A stretch of 64,000 nt of DNA from an uncultured Gammaproteobacteria bacterium (GTDB taxonomy: Bacteria; Patescibacteriota; Patescibacteriia; UBA9934), in assembly GCA_964355955.1 (NCBI GenBank), contig CAYHFQ010000001.1:103419-167418 (forward strand), given 5' to 3'. The translations under genes were made by a program, and so were the position numbers. The first letter of the stretch is position 1. Each line of letters opens with the position of its first letter. Positions 1 to 9,835 of this stretch are shown here, piece after piece. The notes under the pieces are model-generated. The model had not been told where the DNA came from. It saw only the letters and a list, made by a program, of their open reading frames with translations, and searched no databases.

Positions 1-383
1 ACGACAGGGTTTTTTGGTAAAGGAGGATGGGCGCTGTGGCTAGCAGTAAGTAACCCTGCCTTGCGGAGCGTGCGAAGGAGACCAGCTTCTTTTTGTCCAT
101 AATCGAGAGCTAAGGCCGGTTTGGCAGTGAGGAAAAGGACATCGTAACCGGTGGTGATGACGGGAATGCGCAAGCGGATGATTTCGCGATACTGGCGGCG
201 AATGCGATTGCGAACAACGGCGCTTTTGCTAACCTTCTTGCCGACCACCACACTGAAGCGAGAAATAGCCAGACCATTAGGCGTCATTTTGATACCGCAC
301 GCCGAATCAAAGGCGCCCTTTTTGCTTTTCAGCACCCGGGCGACATCCTTCTCGTGGCGTAGACGGTGGACCATTGGGAACAT
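1..383 (-). CDS. rnpA: RNase P protein component (partial, runs off window start)
   Basis: Minus-strand frame open from ATG at 381-383 to position 1. Translation MFPMVHRLRHEKDVARVLKSKKGAFDSACGIKMTPNGLAISRFSVVVGKKVSKSAVVRNRIRRQYREII has the basic RnpA-like pattern and lies directly downstream of rpmH, the conserved rpmH-rnpA order. Absent from the ORF track because no stop lies inside the window. Confidence 0.55.
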   Translation of the reverse strand, partial: MFPMVHRLRHEKDVARVLKSKKGAFDSACGIKMTPNGLAISRFSVVVGKKVSKSAVVRNRIRRQYREIIRLRIPVITTGYDVLFLTAKPALALDYGQKEAGLLRTLRKAGLLTASHSAHPPLPKNPV

Positions 384-459
384 ATGTAGAGTATAGCTGA
401 TGCGGCTTAAAACATAAATCCAGGCCTGTAACAGCCCGGACCTATATTTCTTAGGGTGT

Positions 460-612
460 TTAGCGTGGGCGGGCGGCAACGACTAGGCGTTTGCGACCCT
501 TAGCACGGCGTCGTTTGAGCGTTGCACGACCATCTTTGGTCAACATGCGCTTACGGAAACCATGTACGCGAGCTCGCGTCTTCTTTTTTGGTTGGTATGT
601 TCGCTTAGGCAT
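460..612 (-). CDS. rpmH: 50S ribosomal protein L34
   Basis: Manual translation of the minus strand gives [50 protein letters not shown] (50 aa), a textbook L34 sequence. It is divergent from dnaA as in most bacteria, and was missed by the ORF track because it is under 60 aa. Confidence 0.85.
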   Translation of the reverse strand: MPKRTYQPKKKTRARVHGFRKRMLTKDGRATLKRRRAKGRKRLVVAARPR

Positions 613-744
613 AAATGAGTGAGCAGGTCAGTCTCAAGAGAGAATGTTCCTGAAGTGATTCAAAAGTCCTGGAGAGTATAGTTAAAATGGGGATAATTGT
701 CAAAGCAGGGGCTCTAAGGCAGTGATTTGGGAAGGTGCAAGACC

Positions 745-850
745 CCTAATTGTGGATAACTCCACACTTTATCCACAGTTTTGGCTAAGTTATCCACAAA
801 TCTATCCCCCTTGAGCGCACAGACTGACTGGTTGAAGCCTGTGGATATGT
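745..850. promoter_or_regulatory. DnaA-box cluster upstream of dnaA (oriC part / dnaA autoregulatory region)
   Basis: Perfect TTATCCACA boxes at 769-777 and 790-798, its reverse complement TGTGGATAA at 751-759, and a degenerate box at 840-848. Confidence 0.7.
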
Positions 851-922
851 AGGCTATTATGTCGACAGTCGAGATAGGTGTCCTGGTTTATGGGCACTAA
901 TAATGGTGAGAGCCGAGGCCTT

Positions 923-2332
923 ATGAATACTCACGAGCTCTGGCAAGCAGTACTAGGCGAGGTTGAGCTAAAACTCAGCCGGGCTAATTTTACTACTTGG
1001 TTCCGTGACACCTTTATTAGCGAGTACCATAACGGCCAAGTAATCATTGGCGTGCCGAATAATTTTACATTAACGTGGCTAGAGAAAAAGTATCATCGTG
1101 AAATTTTGGAGTCGTTGCAGAATGTCACCCAGGAGCCAGTGCGGACCTTGACCTATCATATTGAAACCAAGGCTAAGCCAGCGGCAGCGGTAGTCTTGAA
1201 GGAAGCCCCAGTTTTAGTGGTACAGCAACCACCACGTCAACAGGAAGATTACGGTTTTATCCAAACTGATAGTGGTGCCAGCGCTAAGACGGATACGCCA
1301 ACAAGTAACATTGCGATCAATGCTAATTATACGTTTAGCAATTTCGTGGTTGGTAAGCAAAATGAATTGGCTCATGCGGCAGCTCAGGCGGTGGCGGCGC
1401 AACCAGGTGGCACCTACAATCCGTTGTTCATTTACGGTGGCGTCGGCCTTGGTAAAACGCATTTACTACACGCGATTGCGAACGAGATGCGTCGACAGAA
1501 CCCAAACTGTCGCATTCTCTATGTAACTTGCGAGCATTTCACCAATGATTTTATTCACTCGGTACGTTTAGGTAAGGGTAAGGAGTTCAAAGATAGGTAC
1601 CGCAATGTCGATTTATTCTTGGTCGACGATATTCAGTTCATTTCTGGTAAAGATGCCACGCAAGAAGAGTTCTTTCATACTTTCAATGCGTTACATCAAG
1701 ATAACCGTCAGATTGTTATTACGTCTGACCGAGCACCAAAGGCTATTCAGCCGCTCGAGAAGCGCCTGCAGTCACGATTGGAGTGGGGCATGTTGGTCGA
1801 TATTGGGACGCCTGACCTAGAAACACGTATCGCTATTTTGCAAAAGAAGTGTTTGGAGAAAGGCGTACTGCTCGACCGCGATATCCTCCACTACGTCGCC
1901 AGCGTCATTTACTCCAACATTCGTGAGCTAGAGGGTGCGCTGACCAAGATTATCGCCTTCCACCAGTTCAAAAATTTGGTGCCGTCGCTTGAAAGCGTCA
2001 AACCGATACTCGCCAGTTTTGAAAGTGAAAATGCTAAAAAAACCGTAACCGCTCGTCAGTTGATTAGTGTAGTAGCTGAGTACTTCGACCTCCAGACTGA
2101 TGATTTGCTAGGAAAGAGTCGGGAAAAGCGCTTAGCCTTCCCACGACAGATAATCATGTACTTACTGCGTGAGGAGATGAAGAACTCCTACCCAGCGATT
2201 GGTAACGAGCTTGGAGGACGAGACCACACCACGGCGATGCACGCTTATACCAAGATTTCTGAGCTACTGAGCCATGATGATAAGTTACAGAAGGACCTGG
2301 AGCTGTTAAAACAGCGTCTCTACAGTGCATAA
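923..2332 (+). CDS. dnaA: Chromosomal replication initiator DnaA
   Basis: AAA+ Walker A GGVGLGKTHLLHAI, sensor motifs, and a C-terminal DNA-binding domain (REEMKNSYPAIGNELGGRDHTTAMHAY). The ORF track begins at GTG 878. ATG 923 (MNTHELWQAVL) fits the canonical DnaA N-terminus better. Confidence 0.93.
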   Translation: MNTHELWQAVLGEVELKLSRANFTTWFRDTFISEYHNGQVIIGVPNNFTLTWLEKKYHREILESLQNVTQEPVRTLTYHIETKAKPAAAVVLKEAPVLVVQQPPRQQEDYGFIQTDSGASAKTDTPTSNIAINANYTFSNFVVGKQNELAHAAAQAVAAQPGGTYNPLFIYGGVGLGKTHLLHAIANEMRRQNPNCRILYVTCEHFTNDFIHSVRLGKGKEFKDRYRNVDLFLVDDIQFISGKDATQEEFFHTFNALHQDNRQIVITSDRAPKAIQPLEKRLQSRLEWGMLVDIGTPDLETRIAILQKKCLEKGVLLDRDILHYVASVIYSNIRELEGALTKIIAFHQFKNLVPSLESVKPILASFESENAKKTVTARQLISVVAEYFDLQTDDLLGKSREKRLAFPRQIIMYLLREEMKNSYPAIGNELGGRDHTTAMHAYTKISELLSHDDKLQKDLELLKQRLYSA

Positions 2333-2354
2333 CGGACTTTTCCCCCAGCTATAC

Positions 2355-2631
2355 CGCAACTATCCACTAACTGTCCCCATGGGCTACTGTGGATAGAATG
2401 GGGGATAACCCAGTGCACAAGTCTGTGGATAGGAGAGAGGATAAAGAGGTGATAAGATAGAATGGAGAAGCGTCACAAAGATGTACACATACAGGTCACA
2501 CTGGAAGTCGCGGGTTATCCACCTTGAGGAATGAGAAACGGGCCTGTGAAACTTAGGGATTGGGAGTTATCCCTGTTATCCACCGCCTTACAGAGTGGGT
2601 TACTATCTAAGATAAAAATTTAAGCACTCAC
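2355..2631. promoter_or_regulatory. oriC: DnaA-box cluster in dnaA-dnaN intergenic region with AT-rich unwinding stretch
   Basis: TGTGGATAG boxes at 2388-2396 and 2425-2433, TTATCCACC at 2515-2523 and 2575-2583, TTATCCCTG at 2566-2574, and AT-rich 2600-2631 immediately before dnaN. Confidence 0.7.
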
Positions 2632-3771
2632 ATGAAGTTATCTTGTACGAGAGAAAATCTACATCAAGGATTGGCGATCACCAGTCACATAGGCAGTAAG
2701 AGTGTAAACCTACCAATTCTGCAGAACGTCTTATTGAAGGCCGACGCTGGTGGCTTACATTTAACGTCGACAAATTTGGAGTTGGCGGTGTCATGCTTAG
2801 TACGCGGAAAAGTTGATCAGACTGGTGAATATACAGTACCAGGAAAACTTTTTTACGATTATGTTAATTTGTTGCCGAATGACCGAATTGATTTAGATTT
2901 GCTTGACCATGCGTTGGCGGTGCAATGTGGGACGTCGAAAACTAAGATTAATGGCATTGCGGCGAACGAATATCCATTAATTCCAGCGGTGACGGGTGGA
3001 GTGATCTTTGGCGTAAATGCAGCTGGCTTTGATGCGGCCCTGGGGCAAACGTTATTTTCGGTCGCCATGAATGAGGCCCGACCAGAGCTGACGGGTGTGT
3101 ACATGGTGTTTAGTGTGATTGATGGTGCACCAGTTGTGACTATGGCGGCGACGGATAGCTACCGACTGGGTGAGAAGGTGGTGCCGATTGTGGCCGGACC
3201 AGACGATGAGAAGAAGGTGATTGTGCCGCAACGGACGCTAATTGAAGTGCGCCGTATTATTAGCGTCTTCCGCGATAGTGTAGACGCACCAGAAACGATT
3301 GAGATTGAATTGACGGAGAACCAGATTGCTTTCCGTTTTGGGAATGTAGAACTGACGAGCAGGACACTTGAGGGTAAATATCCGGATTACAGGCAGATTA
3401 TCCCCAAGACGGCGAATACAGAGGTAATTGTGAAGCGGGCCGACTTGGCGCAAGCGGTTAAGCGAACGAGCTTGTTTAGTAAGGCTGGTTTGTTTGATGT
3501 GCGTTTAGAGGTGAACGTAGAGACTAAGATGCTGCAGCTTTCGGCGACGGATGCGGGACGTGGTGAGAATAGTGTGGCGATCGAGGCCGAAATTTCCGGG
3601 CCGGTTAATAACATTGTGCTGAACTATCGTTATTTATTGGATGGTTTGAATGCGATTGGGACGGAAAAGGTGGCGGTTCGCATGATTGATGGCGCTGCAC
3701 CGTGTGTACTCATGCCGGTGGAAGCGCCCGAGGAGAAATACCTTTACATTATAATGCCTATTCGCCAATAA
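2632..3771 (+). CDS. dnaN: DNA polymerase III beta sliding clamp
   Basis: 379 aa, three-domain beta-clamp architecture, directly downstream of dnaA. Confidence 0.9.
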   Translation: MKLSCTRENLHQGLAITSHIGSKSVNLPILQNVLLKADAGGLHLTSTNLELAVSCLVRGKVDQTGEYTVPGKLFYDYVNLLPNDRIDLDLLDHALAVQCGTSKTKINGIAANEYPLIPAVTGGVIFGVNAAGFDAALGQTLFSVAMNEARPELTGVYMVFSVIDGAPVVTMAATDSYRLGEKVVPIVAGPDDEKKVIVPQRTLIEVRRIISVFRDSVDAPETIEIELTENQIAFRFGNVELTSRTLEGKYPDYRQIIPKTANTEVIVKRADLAQAVKRTSLFSKAGLFDVRLEVNVETKMLQLSATDAGRGENSVAIEAEISGPVNNIVLNYRYLLDGLNAIGTEKVAVRMIDGAAPCVLMPVEAPEEKYLYIIMPIRQ

Positions 3772-4519
3772 GATTCCAGATGCCGCTAAAGAGTTGGCGT
3801 TGGTTTTGGGCCATCATCGCGTCGTGAATTTCGACGAGGTAAAAAGGGTGTTGGCGCGTATTTAACATGACGAGGTAATTACCCATGACCCAGGTGGTGG
3901 CGGTAAAAGCTGAGGCACCAGACCAGAATTTTATTTGGCGGTTGGCATAGCCTTTGGTCGACATGGCGGTTTCAGCGTTGGATTGATTGCTGAGTAATTG
4001 TAGTTTGGGATTATTTGGTTGCTGCCAGTACCAGTCAATCCAGGTTTGGTAATGTTCGACGAAGGAGGGATCTTGAAAGCCCCAGTATAGCGTTTTAGTT
4101 TCTTTAATGCTTTTGTTCCAAAGTGGTGTTTGTTTGTAGATATAGTTGTCGATTTCTTCTTCAGGTATGAAGACGATTTTGGGGATGTTGTATTTGACGC
4201 TTTGGGCGACTTTTTGCAGTTCAGCGATGGCGGCTTGAACGGTCGCTTTTTTGATGTCTAGGGCTTTTTGTTCGCGATTGGTGAGAATGGCCAGATCTTC
4301 TGGTTGTTTGGCGATGAGTGAGCGGGAAGTGCCGCCGAGATCTTCTAGGACCACACCCTTTTTGACGAGCTCCTTGGCGACGCTGTATACGGTCGGGCGA
4401 CTAATCCTGGTCAGTTTCGCGACTTCGGCTGGGGTCATTTGGCCGTGCTGCAAAAGAGCGAGATAAACCTCGCTTTCTTTGGGGCTGAAGCCGAGTTTGG
4501 TGAGATTTGGGTACAACAT
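3758..4519 (-). CDS. TrmB-family transcriptional regulator
   Basis: N-terminal winged HTH LGFSPKESEVYLALLQHGQMTPAEVAKLTRISRPTVYSVAKELVKKGVV typical of TrmB, with a C-terminal effector domain. Convergent with dnaN, overlapping it by 14 nt. Confidence 0.7.
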   Translation of the reverse strand: MLYPNLTKLGFSPKESEVYLALLQHGQMTPAEVAKLTRISRPTVYSVAKELVKKGVVLEDLGGTSRSLIAKQPEDLAILTNREQKALDIKKATVQAAIAELQKVAQSVKYNIPKIVFIPEEEIDNYIYKQTPLWNKSIKETKTLYWGFQDPSFVEHYQTWIDWYWQQPNNPKLQLLSNQSNAETAMSTKGYANRQIKFWSGASAFTATTWVMGNYLVMLNTRQHPFYLVEIHDAMMAQNQRQLFSGIWNLIGE

Positions 4520-4693
4520 GGGGATAGAATACGGCTATGTGGATAAGTTGTCAATAAGTCATCAACACTATTTCAAGGCTTATAATATAGGGATAAATGT
4601 AAAAAGTAGTCCACAGTCTGTGGACAAAAGGTGGAAAAAATGGTAGATTGGTTTGTTCGTAAGTGAACATAATCAATAATAATCTCTGTTGTT

Positions 4694-5989
4694 ATGCTAC
4701 AACGAATCGATAATTATTTTAGGATAACGGAACGTGGTTCAACTTTTAGGATTGAGTTATTAGCTGGATTGTCGACGTTTTTTTCTCTTTCTTACATTTT
4801 CGTGGTGAATCCGGCGATATTATCGGCGGCTGGGATTAGCAAGAGCGCAATTTTCTTTGCGACTGTGGTTGGATCGGTCGTGACTACGTTGTTGATGGGA
4901 TTGTGGGCTAGGTTGCCGTTTGCTGTTGCACCGGGACTCGAAATGAACGCGTATGTGGCTTATGTGGTAGTTGGCGTTATGGGTTTCACTTGGCAGGGTG
5001 CGCTGGGTGCGGTGTTTTGGTCTGGTATTTTGACGGTAATATTAAGTTTTACTCCATTGCGGGTGAACGTAGTTAAGGCTATTCCAGATAAACTAAAATC
5101 TGGTTTGGCTGCTGCTGTCGGTGTATTCTTAGTCCTTATTGCTCTCAAAGTTAGCGGGATATTGGCCTACGAAGGAATTCAGGTGAGGGGATTGGGTTTG
5201 CTTGCTTCTAAGGAGGCGATTATCTTCTACGTCGGACTAGTCTTGGTAGTGATCCTAAAATATTTTAAAGTTCGAGGAGCGGTTCTACTAAGTATTATTG
5301 GAGCTGCAGTAGTCGCTCATTTAATCGGATTAAGTCAGGTGATTGAGCCTATTAAACTTTCGAAGGAAATGTTTGCTGCCACGTTTGCTCTTGATTGGGG
5401 GATTATTCTGAATCCAAAAATCTGGTCAGTTATCATTGTTCTTTTCATTCTCGATTTTTATGGCAGCATTGCTAAATTTATTGGATTAACTAGAAATACT
5501 GCTATTGTTGATGAGAATGGTCACTTGCCGCGACTGAAGGAAGGATTGATTGCTGATGGTGCTGGTACCGTAATTGGTGCCGTCACGGGAACATCTAACC
5601 TGATTGCCTATGTGGAAAGTGCGGTTGGTATTGGCGAAGGCGGTCGTACGGGTTTGGTGGCCGTATTCGTTGTAGTGCTCATGGCATTATTTATGTTCCT
5701 GACGCCACTCGTGAACTTGGTGCCGGTGGCGGCAACGACCGGAGCCTTGTGCTTTGTTGGACTGACGTTGTTTCCGTGGAAAGAAATTGGGAAATATGAC
5801 TGGACAGAGGTTATAGCTGTTATGGCTATGGTAGTGGTGACTATTTGGACGTTTGGTCTGGATAAGGCAATGTTCGCTGGGTTTGCCTCGTTCGTAGTGT
5901 TATTCATGGTTACTGGTAAATGGAAGCAATTGAATCCGTATCTCATTGGGTCGACATTGTTACTGCTCGTGAGTATTTTACTCTCTTAA
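4694..5989 (+). CDS. NCS2/AzgA-family purine (adenine/guanine/hypoxanthine) permease
   Basis: 431 aa polytopic membrane protein. N-terminal NPAILSAAGI...LPFAVAPGLEMNAYVAY resembles COG2252 AzgA-like permeases. Confidence 0.75.
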   Translation: MLQRIDNYFRITERGSTFRIELLAGLSTFFSLSYIFVVNPAILSAAGISKSAIFFATVVGSVVTTLLMGLWARLPFAVAPGLEMNAYVAYVVVGVMGFTWQGALGAVFWSGILTVILSFTPLRVNVVKAIPDKLKSGLAAAVGVFLVLIALKVSGILAYEGIQVRGLGLLASKEAIIFYVGLVLVVILKYFKVRGAVLLSIIGAAVVAHLIGLSQVIEPIKLSKEMFAATFALDWGIILNPKIWSVIIVLFILDFYGSIAKFIGLTRNTAIVDENGHLPRLKEGLIADGAGTVIGAVTGTSNLIAYVESAVGIGEGGRTGLVAVFVVVLMALFMFLTPLVNLVPVAATTGALCFVGLTLFPWKEIGKYDWTEVIAVMAMVVVTIWTFGLDKAMFAGFASFVVLFMVTGKWKQLNPYLIGSTLLLLVSILLS

Positions 5990-5999
5990 TAACTATAAT

Positions 6000-6689
6000 A
6001 TGACACAGAATATGACAACGAAATTAGTAGCTGATCAAAAGGAATGGAGTGTTGTAGCTAAGGAGTTGGAGGGTGAAAATTTGAAGTTGGCTTCCTACGA
6101 TAATATATTGATGTTGGCTATTGGCGACGTGACTGGTAAGAAAGTGTTGGATTACGGGGCTGGTCCTGGTGTTTTGGCATTAGGATTAAAGAAAATGGGA
6201 GCTGAGGTGAAAGTGTGGGATATTAATGGTGAGATGCGGGCGAAGGCTGGAGCTAAGATCGGAACAGAAAATATATATAGTGAGTTGAGCCAAGTACCAA
6301 ATAACTATTTTGATGTCGTAATTTGTAATTTGGTGTTGTGTATTGTGCCGGAGGATGAGGTGAGAAATATTGTGGTTAATCTAAAGAATTATATTAACGA
6401 TGGAGGCAGTGTATATGTGGGTTTTTGCAACCCGCGAATATATAACGTCGTAGAAAGCAAATTAGATTTTCGTTTTCCGACTGGCAATAAGTATGAAGAC
6501 AATCATGAGTATAAAAAGATTAAGAAAGAAGGTGGCTATGAGATTATAGAGACTCATCGTCCGCTGGAATGGTATAAAAAAATATTCGCTGAGGTGGGGC
6601 TGAATCTGGTAGAGACGTTGTTTACTCCGGAGTATGAGCTGAAGGAGAATAAGATAGAAGACTTTGTGATCTTCAAGTTGCAGGAATAA
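6000..6689 (+). CDS. Class I SAM-dependent methyltransferase
   Basis: Motif I VLDYGAGPGVLALGL, acidic residue after beta2 (VWDING), motif IV region. Confidence 0.7.
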   Translation: MTQNMTTKLVADQKEWSVVAKELEGENLKLASYDNILMLAIGDVTGKKVLDYGAGPGVLALGLKKMGAEVKVWDINGEMRAKAGAKIGTENIYSELSQVPNNYFDVVICNLVLCIVPEDEVRNIVVNLKNYINDGGSVYVGFCNPRIYNVVESKLDFRFPTGNKYEDNHEYKKIKKEGGYEIIETHRPLEWYKKIFAEVGLNLVETLFTPEYELKENKIEDFVIFKLQE

Positions 6690-6751
6690 TCAGTGAGTAG
6701 CCCAATATAAAAAAGAACCATTTCGGTTCTTTTTTATATTGAGTGAGGTGA

Positions 6752-9670
6752 TTATGGGGTGGTCACGGGAGGGGTTATTGGAGGAGCGAGGGTGAGGGGG
6801 GTGGGAAGAACGGGCGCGTCCTGGAGGAGGACGTTGATGGCGGGGGAGTCGGAAGTGGTGCCATCGGAGTAAACGGCGACGGCGACGAGGGAGTACTGGG
6901 CGGAAGAGGGGAGGTTCCAGACCATGCTGGCGATGCTGGAAGGGGCTAGGAGCTCGCCGACGGTGCTCACGGCGCCAGTCCAGAGGTTGGTGGCCGTAAT
7001 GTGGAGGGAGGCGACAGAAGCGGCGTCGGGAGTCTCGATCGAGATGGTGTAGGTTGGGGCAGTTTTGATGATTACTTGGTTAGGGAAGGGGTTCGTGATG
7101 CTGGGGCCGCGGTTGGTGCTGCCGGCTTCGGTGACGTTTATGTTGACGCTGGCGTCGCTCTGGTTGTCGACGTCGTCAAAGACAGTGGCGGTGAGGAGAT
7201 GAGTGCCAATGGTGACCCAACTTGGGAGAGTGACGGCACCGTTGTTGGTGTTGCTCGAGCTGCCGACGTAGCTGCCGTCGATAGCGAATTCAACACGACC
7301 GAAGTTACGTTTAAGCTCCACGATGTATTGGAGGGAGAGATTGCGGCCGACGTTGCTGTTGTCGAGAGGTTCTAGGAGATTAATAACCGGGGTGTTGCGC
7401 GCGGTGTGGACGTCGTCGTCCTCGGTCGGGATGGTGCAGGTGGTGTAGGCGACTTCACCTTCTTTGAGATTAGTGTTGTGTTTGGTCATCCAGGTCTGAA
7501 TGGCTGTTTCCCAAGGTGAGTAGTAAGGGTCGGCGGCGGGATTACCGGGAATCGCGCCGGTTGGATTGTTTTTGTCGACGTATTGCAGAATGGTGTGATA
7601 CTCGCCACAGGTTAGTTCCTCACGATAACGGGCCGGGGTGAGTGGGGTGGCGAGTTTGCCAGAGGCGGTGTCGATGGTGACTGTGGTGCTCGGCATAACG
7701 CCATCGAGGACTGCTTTGCCGGTGGTAGGGATATTAGCGGCCGGGAAATTCTCAATTGGGGAATTGGCGAGAGCAGCGCGCATGAAAGCGTTCCAGATTG
7801 GGGCGGCGACAACTGAACCGTCAGCGCCACGACTCATTTCTTTACCGTTGGTATTGCCAACCCAGACGCCAGCGGCCAAGGAAGGTGTATAGCCGAGTGT
7901 CCAGGCGTCGTTGAAGTCGTTGGTGGTACCGGTTTTGGCAGCGACGGGACGGGCGCTAAGCTGGAGATAATTACTTGGGCCAAAGACGTAGCTGCGAGCA
8001 GCATTGTCTGACAGGACGTTGCTTAAAGTAGTGGCAATGTTTGAGTCGATAACTTGGCTGCCAACGTGTTCTTCTGGTTTCCATTCTTGTAGGGTGTTGC
8101 CTTTGTTGTCCACGACTTTGAGGACGCCGACGACGTCGTGGTGCAAACCGTTGTTAGCGAAGGTGGCGTAGGCGTTGGCGTGATCAATCAGTTTGACTTC
8201 GGCACCGCCAAGCACAATAGCCAGGCCAAATTGGCTGCGATCCGCGAAGGTGGAGTAACCTAATTTTTCTGCGAAGTTGAGAGCGTAGTCGACGCCAGTT
8301 AAGTAAAGAAGTTTAACGGCCGGGACGTTAAGTGAGCCTTGGAGGGCTTTACGGAGAGTGACTGGGCCGTTCTCGTCGACGTGATAATTTTTAGGATTGT
8401 AGTCGCCAGAGGCGGTGGGGAAATGGGTGTCTACATCCCACAGAATGGTGTTGGGGGTATAGCCTTTTTCGAAGGCGGCAGCAAAAACGATTGGTTTGAT
8501 ACTTGAGCCTGGTTGGAGGGGGCGGGTGGTGATGTTGACCTGGCCTTGAATGTCGTCGTTGGAATAGTCGACACTGCCGACCATGGCGAGAATTTGTCCA
8601 GTTTTTGGGTCGATAGCGGTGAGGCCAGAGTTATTGAAACCGTAACGTGCGCCAAGAGCTGCGACGCCGTCGGTAACTGCTTTCTCGGCAGCTAGTTGCT
8701 TGTCGTAGTCGAGGGTGGTGGTAACGGTTAAGCCGCCTTGGTCGACGTCGTGAGTAGAATATGTTTCTTCTAGGAGCTGTTTGACCCAAAAAACAAAGTG
8801 AGGGGCGGTGATGCCGCTACTGAAGTCGATGGCGACAGGAGAGTCTGTGGCCATGGCGGCGTCAGCGTCGGCCTGTGAGATGTAGCCTAAGGAAACCATG
8901 CGACCGAGAATCCAATCACGACGATCTTTAAGCTGGTCGGGGTTGTTGAGGTAACGAGTAGGAGCCTGAGGTAAGCCGGCCAAGGTGGCAGATTCGGCGA
9001 GGGTGAGATCTGTAACGTGTTTGTGGAAATAATTTTGACTGGCGGTTTCCACGCCGTAGATAGTGCCGCCGTAAGGGATTTCGTTTAGGTACATTTGGAG
9101 AATCTGGTCCTTGGTGAAGTTGCGGTCAAGGGCGAGGGAGAGAATAATTTCTTTGATTTTGCGGGTGATGGTGGCTTCGTTGGTGAGGATGGCATTTTTA
9201 ACGAGCTGTTGAGTGATGGTTGAACCACCACCGCGGTTGCCCCGGAAAATAATGGCACGTAAAATGCCTTTGATACTGATGCCGTGGTTAGTATAGAAGT
9301 TTTCATCTTCTGCGCTAATGGCGGCGTGCTGTAAGTCGAGGGGAATTTGGTCTAAAGCGACGAGGGTGCGCTTTTCGTCGCCAGCAATTTCGTAAAGGAG
9401 GTGAGTGCCGGTGCGGTCGTAGATTTTGGTGGACAGTGAGACATCGCGCGTGAGCAAGGTGTTAGGGTCGGGGAGATCTTTGGAAAACCAGGCGTAGGCA
9501 CCTAAGAAAAGGATGGCAAATAAGAGAAAACAGGCGATTAGGGCGAGGGCGATGTTTTTAGCCCAGGTCTTTTTGTCAGCTTTGGCAAAAAGGGGTGAAA
9601 CATAGTGACGCCAAGCTCGGGCGAGGGGTGACTTTCCGAGTTTGGACTGGTAGTGGGAGTATGATTTCAT
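6752..9670 (-). CDS. Class A penicillin-binding protein (transglycosylase + transpeptidase) with long C-terminal extension
   Basis: N-terminal TM helix, GT51 motifs (RGGSTITQQLVKN), transpeptidase SxxK (GSSIKP), SxN and KTG(T) motifs. A ~300 aa Thr/Ser/Pro-rich C-terminal extension ends PPITPPVTTP. Confidence 0.9.
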   Translation of the reverse strand: MKSYSHYQSKLGKSPLARAWRHYVSPLFAKADKKTWAKNIALALIACFLLFAILFLGAYAWFSKDLPDPNTLLTRDVSLSTKIYDRTGTHLLYEIAGDEKRTLVALDQIPLDLQHAAISAEDENFYTNHGISIKGILRAIIFRGNRGGGSTITQQLVKNAILTNEATITRKIKEIILSLALDRNFTKDQILQMYLNEIPYGGTIYGVETASQNYFHKHVTDLTLAESATLAGLPQAPTRYLNNPDQLKDRRDWILGRMVSLGYISQADADAAMATDSPVAIDFSSGITAPHFVFWVKQLLEETYSTHDVDQGGLTVTTTLDYDKQLAAEKAVTDGVAALGARYGFNNSGLTAIDPKTGQILAMVGSVDYSNDDIQGQVNITTRPLQPGSSIKPIVFAAAFEKGYTPNTILWDVDTHFPTASGDYNPKNYHVDENGPVTLRKALQGSLNVPAVKLLYLTGVDYALNFAEKLGYSTFADRSQFGLAIVLGGAEVKLIDHANAYATFANNGLHHDVVGVLKVVDNKGNTLQEWKPEEHVGSQVIDSNIATTLSNVLSDNAARSYVFGPSNYLQLSARPVAAKTGTTNDFNDAWTLGYTPSLAAGVWVGNTNGKEMSRGADGSVVAAPIWNAFMRAALANSPIENFPAANIPTTGKAVLDGVMPSTTVTIDTASGKLATPLTPARYREELTCGEYHTILQYVDKNNPTGAIPGNPAADPYYSPWETAIQTWMTKHNTNLKEGEVAYTTCTIPTEDDDVHTARNTPVINLLEPLDNSNVGRNLSLQYIVELKRNFGRVEFAIDGSYVGSSSNTNNGAVTLPSWVTIGTHLLTATVFDDVDNQSDASVNINVTEAGSTNRGPSITNPFPNQVIIKTAPTYTISIETPDAASVASLHITATNLWTGAVSTVGELLAPSSIASMVWNLPSSAQYSLVAVAVYSDGTTSDSPAINVLLQDAPVLPTPLTLAPPITPPVTTP

Positions 9671-9835
9671 ATTATTTTGAGTATACGGGAAGCGGCTGAA
9701 AAGTGCAACTAAAAGGGGCTTATAATTTGGCTAACCTTAGCAAAGTCAAGTACTCTTTTGCTGGACAAATTTGCCTAAATCGGGTATAGTGTTATTAACA
9801 TCTCGATGGTTTTCGAGGTGATTTTATTTCCCCTT

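Noticed and set aside
151-396. 81 aa plus-strand ORF at the window start
   Set aside because: It is antisense to the rnpA coding sequence. The minus strand translates to a recognisable RNase P protein following rpmH.
7001-7375. 124 aa plus-strand ORF inside the PBP gene, with similar ORFs antisense to other large genes (31203..31613, 45010..45555, 59002..59526, 62552..62944)
   Set aside because: They are antisense to well-supported genes. Several exist only because the six-frame-open palindromic element, which encodes SPMAGGG-type peptides, lies inside them.
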